From Candidatus Eiseniibacteriota bacterium (GTDB taxonomy: Bacteria; Eisenbacteria; RBG-16-71-46; CAZAMP01), in NCBI GenBank assembly GCA_965224245.1, contig OZ245046.1:1312001-1376000 (forward strand): a stretch of 64,000 nucleotides of DNA, given 5' to 3'. The position numbers were made by a program, and so were the translations under genes. Positions 57,098 through 64,000 of the stretch are shown piece by piece. The stretch's first letter is position 1. The number at the start of each line of letters is the position of its first letter. The notes below the pieces were generated by a model. That model did not search any database. It was given only the letters and a program-made list of their open reading frames with translations, and had not been told where the DNA came from.

Positions 57098-58788
57098 TGA
57101 TCCCGATTCCGTCCGACGTCCTCGCGGGCGACGTCCTCGCCGGCGCCGGTGACTCCGGCGGATCGACGTCCGAGCTCTACGACCGCTACGTCCGCCGGGT
57201 GCCGCTGGCCGACGGGCTGTCGCCCCGGCGATGTCCGACCCTGACCGATCTGATCGCGCATGCCCGTACGCACACCGAGCCCGTCCCGCCCGCTCTCCTC
57301 GCCGAGCTTTCCGAGCTTCACGACCGACTCGACGCCCCGTCCCGGAGCCTCGACACGCTGGCGCGGCTCGGTCGTGGAGAGACCGTCCTCGTCTTCGCCG
57401 GCCAGCAGCCCGCCCTCCTGGGGGGGCCGCTGTACACGCTGCACAAGGCGGCGACCGCGGTCGCGGTGGCGGCGCGGATGACGGCGGCCGGCGTCTCCGC
57501 GCGGGCGGCGTTCTGGGTGGCCTCCGACGACGCGGATCTCGCCGAGGCGGCGACCGCCTACGCGCCCGGTCCCGACCGGGGGCTCCGCAAGGCCTCGATC
57601 GCCCGGGGGCGGCCCGAGGGCACGCTGGTGGGATCCCTGCCGGTCACCGAGTGCGAGCGGGCGTGGACGACGCTCTTCGGTGACGCGGTTCCGTACCCGG
57701 GGGCTCCCGCCGGCGCCCGGGACTTCGGCGACTACCTGGCCGCGCACCTGCTCGCGCTGTTCGGCCCCCACGGGCTGGTCGTCGTGGACAGCCGACTCCC
57801 GGCTCTCCGCCGCGCGGCCGAGCCGCTCGTCGCGCGGTACCTCGGTGCCCACGAGCAGATCGCGCGAGTCGTGGACGCGGCCGGCGGCCGGTACGAGGCC
57901 GTCGGCTGGGACCGCGCCCTTCACCCGGCGTCGACGGGGTCCGCGCTGTTCGAGATCGACGAGCGGGGACTCCGACGCAAGCTGGAGCCCGGCGAGGCCC
58001 CGGGATCGGCGGAGTCGACGTCGCTCGGCGTCTTGCTGCGCCCGTATCTCCAGGAGGCGGTCTTTCCGTCGGCGGGGTTCGTCTGTGGTCCGGGCGAGCT
58101 CGCCTACCTCGTGCAGTCCGAGGCCGCGGCGCCGCTGCTGGGTGTCGAGCGCTCGCCGTACATCCCGCGACTGTCCGCCACCTGGATCGATCGAACGCTC
58201 GCCGATCTGGTCCGTTCACAGGATCCGGGCGGACCGCGGGATCTCGCGTCGGTCTCGCCCGACGCGTGGCGCGCGCTCTTCGCCGACCCGACCGCGGTGG
58301 TCGCCGGACGCCTGGAGCGTGACGTGCCGCGGGACGTGGATGCCCGCCTCGCGCGCCTGACGTCGACGCTGAACGACGAGCTCCAGGCGCTGGAGGCGGA
58401 CGCGCGCGGGGGAGACGGGGGCGACGCCGGGCTGGCGGACGTGGCCGCGTCGGTGCGGAAGAAGATCGACTACCAGATCGGACGGATCCGGGGACACGTC
58501 CTGGAGCGCCTGCGCCGCGAGGCGAAGGCGGAGGGTCGCGTCTACACGAACGTCGGCGACTATCTCTCTCCGCGGCGGGCCCTCCAGGAGCGCGCCTTCA
58601 GCATGCTCTGGCCTCTCACTCTCGCCAGCGGCGCCGCGATCACCGACGCGCTCTGCGACGCGGCCGGGCGGCACTGGGACGCGGTCCAGCGCGCCGAGTC
58701 GGTCCACCTGATCGGCGACCTGGATGCACTCGAGGGGCCGATGACCACCGAGGAGCCGGTGTGGCGCGAAAACTACGAATCGGTGTGA
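57094..58788 (+). CDS. bshC: Bacillithiol biosynthesis protein BshC
   Basis: GQQPALLGGPLYTLHKA, FWVASDDAD, GPGELAY, LQER. Confidence 0.85.
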   Translation: MMIPIPSDVLAGDVLAGAGDSGGSTSELYDRYVRRVPLADGLSPRRCPTLTDLIAHARTHTEPVPPALLAELSELHDRLDAPSRSLDTLARLGRGETVLVFAGQQPALLGGPLYTLHKAATAVAVAARMTAAGVSARAAFWVASDDADLAEAATAYAPGPDRGLRKASIARGRPEGTLVGSLPVTECERAWTTLFGDAVPYPGAPAGARDFGDYLAAHLLALFGPHGLVVVDSRLPALRRAAEPLVARYLGAHEQIARVVDAAGGRYEAVGWDRALHPASTGSALFEIDERGLRRKLEPGEAPGSAESTSLGVLLRPYLQEAVFPSAGFVCGPGELAYLVQSEAAAPLLGVERSPYIPRLSATWIDRTLADLVRSQDPGGPRDLASVSPDAWRALFADPTAVVAGRLERDVPRDVDARLARLTSTLNDELQALEADARGGDGGDAGLADVAASVRKKIDYQIGRIRGHVLERLRREAKAEGRVYTNVGDYLSPRRALQERAFSMLWPLTLASGAAITDALCDAAGRHWDAVQRAESVHLIGDLDALEGPMTTEEPVWRENYESV

Positions 58789-59963
58789 CCTGCCTGCCCA
58801 GCGCGGGGGGCAGCGGGATCCTGGCCACCGAGCTCGGCATGAACGTGGCTGGCCGTGGACACGACGTTCACTTCATCTGTCTGGAGCGACCGGTCCGGCT
58901 GCACGGCGACGAGCGGGTGGACAGCACGCTCTGGTTCCACCAGGCGCGTGCGTCGGACTACCCGGTGTTCTCGAACCCGCCCACGACACTGGCGCTGGCG
59001 GCCAAGATGGCCGAGGTGGCCGAGGCTCACCGACTGGACATCCTGCACGTGCACTACGCGCTGCCGCACGCGACCGCTGCCTACCTGGCCCAGCAGATCC
59101 TGAAGGGACGGCATGACGTTCGCACGGTCACGACGCTCCACGGCACCGACATCACGCTCGTGGGCCAGCATCCGTCGATCTTCGACGTCACGCGTTTCAG
59201 CATCTCGGCCAGCGACACCGTGACCACCGTCAGTGCCTGGCTGGAGGCACAGACCCGGGAGATCTTCGGCTTCGGGGGCGACATCACCGTCATCCCCAAC
59301 TTCGTCGACGGGCACGTCTTCCGACCCGTGCCGAACCACCCGATGCGTGCGCGGTTCGCGTCGCCCGACGAGAAGATCATCCTTCATGCGTCGAACTTCC
59401 GTCCCGTCAAGAACATCAAGGCCGTGGTGGACGTGTTCGCCGGCGTGGCCAAGGCGCTGCCGGCGCGGCTCCTTCTGGTGGGCGAGGGATCCGAGCGCCG
59501 TCCGGCCGAGGAGCGCATCCGCGAGCACGCGCTCTCGGATCGGGTGCTCTTCCTGGGCAACCACCAGTTCATCGAGCAGTTCATCCCGCTCGCCGACCTG
59601 TTCCTCCTGCCGTCGCTGCACGAGTCGTTCGGCCTCGCGGCGCTGGAGGCGATGAGCTGCAGCGTACCGGTCATCGCCACGAACGTCGGAGGAGCGCCCG
59701 AGGTGATCACGCACGGCGTCGACGGATTCGTGGTGGATCCCAACGACATCGACCGGATGATCACGCTGGCGCGGGAGATTTTGTCGGATCCCGCCAAGGC
59801 CGAGGCGCTGGCGCTGGCGGGTCGCCGGACGGCGGTCGAGCGCTTCTCGCCCGACATCGCGGTGGATCGTTACCTGGATCTCTACGAGAAGGTGGCGTCC
59901 ACGACGTCTCGCCCCAGAAGCGCGAACAAGCGCGACGAGGTGCCCTCGGCGCGATACGAGTGA
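58761..59963 (+). CDS. bshA: N-acetyl-alpha-D-glucosaminyl L-malate synthase BshA
   Basis: GGSGILATELG, LHVHYALPHA, TTLHGTDITLVG, SNFRPVK, ESFGLAALEAM. Confidence 0.95.
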   Translation: MARKLRIGVTCLPSAGGSGILATELGMNVAGRGHDVHFICLERPVRLHGDERVDSTLWFHQARASDYPVFSNPPTTLALAAKMAEVAEAHRLDILHVHYALPHATAAYLAQQILKGRHDVRTVTTLHGTDITLVGQHPSIFDVTRFSISASDTVTTVSAWLEAQTREIFGFGGDITVIPNFVDGHVFRPVPNHPMRARFASPDEKIILHASNFRPVKNIKAVVDVFAGVAKALPARLLLVGEGSERRPAEERIREHALSDRVLFLGNHQFIEQFIPLADLFLLPSLHESFGLAALEAMSCSVPVIATNVGGAPEVITHGVDGFVVDPNDIDRMITLAREILSDPAKAEALALAGRRTAVERFSPDIAVDRYLDLYEKVASTTSRPRSANKRDEVPSARYE

Positions 59964-60613
59964 TACACGTCCAGGCGCGTCGCCGTGCACTCGTCCGACC
60001 GTTCGACCGCACCGGGCGCGAGACCCGCGGCGACCAGCTCGTCGGTGACGGCCGCCGGCAGATCCAGTCGCCAGCGATCTCCGGACCGGACGTGATGTCG
60101 CCCCCCGAACGCGGCATGGACGTCGTCGCCCACCTCGAAGCGCTCGGGACCGATCCCGGGCCCGATCCCGGCCCAGAGATCGGCCGGTGGGCAGCCGTAG
60201 AGGTCGTGTAATGCGCGAACGGTGCGCGAGACGATGCCCGCGGCGGCGCCACGCCATCCGGCGTGCACCAGCCCCAGAACGCCTCGCCGCGGGTCGATGA
60301 GGAAGACGGGCAGGCAGTCGGCCACGCGAAGGGTCAGGACGAGCCCGGCGCGGTCGGTCACGAGCGAGTCGCCGGTCCCTTGAGACCCGGGGGTCGAGAG
60401 TGCCAGAATGCGGCGGCCGTGCACCTGGCTCGCGGTCGCGAGCCGGTCCCCGCGGATGCCGAGAGTGGCCAGAACGCCCGGATCGGGCCGGGCGGGTGCC
60501 GCGGGGTCGGCGGTCACGTCCCGGGTCGTGACCAGCGCGACGTCGGCGTCGCGCACCGGGCACGTCTCGAAGCGGAACACGCGGCGGCCGTCCGGGAGCG
60601 CGCGAACGGGCAC
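59882..60613 (-). CDS. pgeF: PgeF/YfiH (purine nucleoside phosphorylase-like) protein
   Basis: QVHG, ADCLPV, HAGWRG, GPGIG, SYR. Confidence 0.9.
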   Translation of the reverse strand: MPVRALPDGRRVFRFETCPVRDADVALVTTRDVTADPAAPARPDPGVLATLGIRGDRLATASQVHGRRILALSTPGSQGTGDSLVTDRAGLVLTLRVADCLPVFLIDPRRGVLGLVHAGWRGAAAGIVSRTVRALHDLYGCPPADLWAGIGPGIGPERFEVGDDVHAAFGGRHHVRSGDRWRLDLPAAVTDELVAAGLAPGAVERSDECTATRLDVYHSYRAEGTSSRLFALLGRDVVDATFS

Positions 60614-60652
60614 TGACCCACACTCCTCTGTGCAGCCGGGAGAAACCGACAC

Positions 60653-61249
60653 GTGGAATCGCTCGCGACCGTCGATCGAGACCTCTTCTACCTGATCAAT
60701 CACGGGTGGGCCAACGGGTTTCTCGATCGTGTGTTTCCGTGGATCACGCGCCTCGGGAACTTCTGGCCGATCATCGCCGCGCTGGTCGCGTGGCTGGTCT
60801 GGCGCGGCGGAGCGCGCGGGCGGACCACCCTCCTGGCGGTCGCGCTGTCGATCTCGATCACCGATCCGGTCACCGTGCGCGTGCTGAAGCCGGCGTTTCA
60901 TCGCGAGCGGCCGTGCACCGCCCTCGAGGACACGCGCCTTCTGGCCTCGAGGAAGTCGTCTCCGTCGTTTCCGTCGGCCCACGCGGTGAACGCGTTCGCG
61001 GTCGCGACGGTGTTCGCCGGGTTCTACGCCTCGTCCCTGGTGATCGCGCTGCCGCTGGCGATCGCCGTGGGGCTCTCGCGGGTGTACATCGGGGTGCACT
61101 ACCCGTTCGACGTCCTGGCCGGCGCCGTGCTCGGCACGCTCATCGGCAGCGCCGTGCTGGGCGTCCTCCGGCTGTCGGCCGCGCGCGTCCCGTGGCTCGT
61201 GGCGCCCCGGCGTCCGTTCGCCCCGGCGCTCGGGGAGGAACCCTCGTGA
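60653..61249 (+). CDS. PAP2 family phosphatase
   Basis: K.....RERP, SFPSAH, SRVYIGVHYPFDV. Confidence 0.9.
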   Translation: MESLATVDRDLFYLINHGWANGFLDRVFPWITRLGNFWPIIAALVAWLVWRGGARGRTTLLAVALSISITDPVTVRVLKPAFHRERPCTALEDTRLLASRKSSPSFPSAHAVNAFAVATVFAGFYASSLVIALPLAIAVGLSRVYIGVHYPFDVLAGAVLGTLIGSAVLGVLRLSAARVPWLVAPRRPFAPALGEEPS

Positions 61250-62766
61250 CCGGTGCGCCAGGCCGCGTGGACGGCGCCGCGACCGGCGGCGGGGGCGGGG
61301 CGGCGGTCGGGACCGGTCCGGTCACCGGTGCCCCGGGCACGCTTCCCCTCCGGGTGCACGCGTACGTGGGCGGCACGATGCTCGTGGCGGTGCTCGTGAC
61401 CTGGCGGATGGGAGCTCCCGTGGATCCCCCGTTCACGCTCCTGGCCTGGTTTCTGGCCACGCTGGCGACCGAGCTCCTGTGGGTCGAGACGCTCCCGGGG
61501 CAGGCCACGACGTCCGTGGGCGCCGCGATGAACTTCGCATCGCTGTTCATGCTCTCGCCGGCCGGTGCGCTCTGGGTCATCGGTGCGGCGACGTTCCTCG
61601 GCACGCTCGTGCAACGCCGGCGCGCCTACCGCGCGGTGTTCGGGGGGGCCGCCGTCGTGCCGGTGGTGGCGCTGAGCGCGTCGGCGTTCCGCGCACTGGC
61701 CCGGATCGACGGCACGGACGTGAGCTGGATGACGGTCGAGACGGTCGCCGCGATGCTGGTGGCCTTCGTCGCGTTCTTCCTGTCGAACACGTTGATCGTG
61801 GCCGGTGTGATCTCGCTCAGCGAGGGCCAGCCCCTCAGGCGCGTGTGGCGGGAGAACTTCGCCCATCCGACCGAGATCCGCGAGACGGCGGCGCTCTTCG
61901 CGATGAGCCCGTTGATCATGATCGTGTACCGCGCGGTGGGCTGGCCCGGGTTCCTCCTGTTCGCGATCCCGCTGATCGTCCATCGCAACGCGAGCCTTCG
62001 CTTCATGACCCTCGAGCGCACGCAGCGATCGGTGCTGCGGAACGCGCGGCTGGCGGCCAAGGGCGAGATGGCGGCCGAGATCGCGCACGAGCTCAACAAC
62101 AGCCTGGCGGCGCTCGGGGGCAATGCCCAGCTCCTGGAGCATCAGATCGGAGGGGGCGGAGCGCCGGATCAGGCGCGGGTGAGGGCGCGCACGATCCACG
62201 AGCAGGTCGAGCGCATGCGGATCCTGACCGAGGGGCTCGTCGAGTTCGCGCACCGCAATGCCGTCCTCCAGGAGACCGACCTCGTGAGCCTGGTCGAACG
62301 AACGGTCGCGTTCCTGCGACCCCAGAGCCGGTTCGACGGAATCGACGTCCGACTGAACCTGGACGAGAACGTCGGGCTGGTGGCCGTGGACCAGGGACAG
62401 CTGCAGCAGGTGATCGTGAACCTGCTGTTCAACGCGGCCGACGCCACCCGCGAGCGACAGCAGACCGACCCCACCATGTCACCGGTGATCGAGGTTGCGC
62501 TGACGCGCTCGCGACGCGGGCGCGAGATCGGCATCGCCGTGCGGGATCACGGAACCGGGATCGATCGCAGCGTCATCGAGCGGATCTTCGAGCCCACGTT
62601 CACGACGAAGTCCGACGGTCACGGCTTCGGGCTGGCCACGTGCCACCGGATCGTGCAGAGCCACGGGGGGCGCATCGAGGTCGACACCCGGCTCGGGCAC
62701 GGCGCCACGTTCACGGTGGTGCTGCCGACCGCGACCCGGCCCGGCGCTCCGGGCGCAGCCGCCTGA
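61246..62766 (+). CDS. Multi-TM sensor histidine kinase
   Basis: About 7 TM segments, IAHELNN, NLLFNA, FEPTFTTK, GFGL. Confidence 0.88.
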   Translation: MTGAPGRVDGAATGGGGGAAVGTGPVTGAPGTLPLRVHAYVGGTMLVAVLVTWRMGAPVDPPFTLLAWFLATLATELLWVETLPGQATTSVGAAMNFASLFMLSPAGALWVIGAATFLGTLVQRRRAYRAVFGGAAVVPVVALSASAFRALARIDGTDVSWMTVETVAAMLVAFVAFFLSNTLIVAGVISLSEGQPLRRVWRENFAHPTEIRETAALFAMSPLIMIVYRAVGWPGFLLFAIPLIVHRNASLRFMTLERTQRSVLRNARLAAKGEMAAEIAHELNNSLAALGGNAQLLEHQIGGGGAPDQARVRARTIHEQVERMRILTEGLVEFAHRNAVLQETDLVSLVERTVAFLRPQSRFDGIDVRLNLDENVGLVAVDQGQLQQVIVNLLFNAADATRERQQTDPTMSPVIEVALTRSRRGREIGIAVRDHGTGIDRSVIERIFEPTFTTKSDGHGFGLATCHRIVQSHGGRIEVDTRLGHGATFTVVLPTATRPGAPGAAA

Positions 62767-62841
62767 TCGCGGTCGTCATCCCCGGAGCGCGTACGTCGCG
62801 GCGGTCGGATGGGCCCCTGGGGCCGCGGGGCGGCCGAGGGG

Positions 62842-63384
62842 TCAGCCGTCGAGTCGCTCCATCTCCTCGCGGATGCGTGCCCGCACGGGATCCGAGCTCG
62901 CCGGCCGGTCGGCCGCGGTGCCGGCCGTCGGCTCGGGCTCCGATCGGCGCCAGCGCAGCGTCGCGATCAGACCCAGCCCCACGAGCACGGCGATCGGCGT
63001 CATCCAGTAGGCCAGGCGGTTGAAGCCCTTGGGCGACGGCTCGACGAGAATGCGTTCGCCGTAGCGTTCGACGTAGGCGGCGATGATCTCGTCGTCCGAC
63101 CATCCCTCGGCGATCTTGGCGCGGATGTCGGCCTGCACGACGGGGGCCTGGCCCGAGCCGTGGTCGGCCACCGAGGCCGTCCAGCAGCAGGGCGCCACGA
63201 GCTCGTGATCGAGCGCCTCGGCTCGTGCCTCCTGTTCGGGGGTCAGGACCGGCGCGTCGGCGGCGACGGCCCGCCCGGCCATCGCGAGCACGCACGCGCA
63301 GATGACCGCGCCTCCTCGGACCCCGCGAACGATGCGGGCGGCGAAGGGACGGACGTCGGCAGGAACCCTGTGGATCGGTGTCAT
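62842..63384 (-). CDS. ccmH: Cytochrome c biogenesis protein CcmH-like
   Basis: ELVAPCC...IRAKIAEGWSDDEI..YVERYGERILVEP followed by a TM. Confidence 0.8.
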   Translation of the reverse strand: MTPIHRVPADVRPFAARIVRGVRGGAVICACVLAMAGRAVAADAPVLTPEQEARAEALDHELVAPCCWTASVADHGSGQAPVVQADIRAKIAEGWSDDEIIAAYVERYGERILVEPSPKGFNRLAYWMTPIAVLVGLGLIATLRWRRSEPEPTAGTAADRPASSDPVRARIREEMERLDG

Positions 63385-63478
63385 CTCGAAACCTCGTGCG
63401 TTGTCGTCCGTGGCCTACTATACCGATTCCGAGAAGCCGCCCGCCATCGTTCTCGGCGGGCACCCGGGCGGGAGCCAC

Positions 63479-64000
63479 ATGACGACGAACCCCTCGCTGC
63501 GAGATCGGTTTCGGGCCGCCGCGCCACGGTCGCTGGTGACGCTGCTCGAACGACTGCACGCGGCCGGACACGCCGCCTATCTGGCCGGAGGATCGGTCAG
63601 GGACCTCGTGGGCGGGGCCGAGGTCTCCGACTGGGACGTGGCGACGTCCGCGCACCCGCCGGAGGTCGCCGATCTGTTCGCGCGCACGACGCTGCTCCAT
63701 GCCGCCCACGGGACCGTACAGGTCCGGCTGGGGCGCGACCGGTACGAGCTGACGACCTTCCGCGCGGACGGTCCCTACGGGGACGGCCGCCGCCCGGATC
63801 ACGTCCGCTTCTCGGACACGATCGACGAGGATCTGGCCCGCCGCGACTTCACGATCAATGCGATGGCCTACGATCCGCTCGCCGATCGGCTTGAGGATCC
63901 GCACGGAGGGCGGGCCGACCTCGAGGCGCGGGTGCTCCGGACCGTCGGCGACCCGGCCGTGCGCTTCGGTGAGGACGCGCTCCGCCTGGTCCGCGCCGCT
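63479..64000 (+). CDS. cca: CCA tRNA nucleotidyltransferase, 3'-partial (not in ORF track)
   Basis: AYLAGGSVRD..DWDVAT, HGTV, TTFRADG.Y.DGRRP, DLARRDFTINAMA, RFGEDALR. Confidence 0.9.
   Translation, partial: MTTNPSLRDRFRAAAPRSLVTLLERLHAAGHAAYLAGGSVRDLVGGAEVSDWDVATSAHPPEVADLFARTTLLHAAHGTVQVRLGRDRYELTTFRADGPYGDGRRPDHVRFSDTIDEDLARRDFTINAMAYDPLADRLEDPHGGRADLEARVLRTVGDPAVRFGEDALRLVRAA

Overview
GC-rich bacterial chromosomal window. lapA/lapB suggest a diderm; the overall gene set is compatible with an FCB-associated lineage, which is a low-confidence inference. No CRISPR array, IS element, integrase or rRNA was seen. About 23.8-64 kb is mostly housekeeping: valS, uvrB, nadC, birA, pcnB, dinB, a LonC-like protease, khpA, tRNA-Leu(CAA), tRNA-Ala(GGC), scpAB, aroA-cmk-plsC-rpsA-miaB-lapAB, mutS, methyltransferase-bshC-bshA, pgeF, ccmH and a partial cca. 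The unusual part is about 1.2-23.6 kb, a flagellar-type regulatory cascade with no flagellar structural genes in the window. It holds flgN-fliW-csrA (flgK/flgL absent), a truncated flagellin-like gene, an FlgM-like protein, a PAS kinase with a sigma54 activator, a pseudo-CheB, an AMIN-TPR protein and a FliA/WhiG sigma28, followed by a GGDEF cyclase, a hybrid kinase and surface-glycan genes. Four clear sigma54 promoters, several sigma28-like promoters, IHF boxes and GGA-hairpin (CsrA-type) arrays can be read from the DNA. Two elements absent from the ORF track may belong to this circuit: a 28-aa membrane peptide under tandem sigma54 and sigma28 promoters, and a candidate CsrA-decoy sRNA near 37.8 kb with a perfect 20-bp closing stem enclosing 10-nt-periodic GAGGA motifs. 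All protein calls are by motif recognition; no database search was run.
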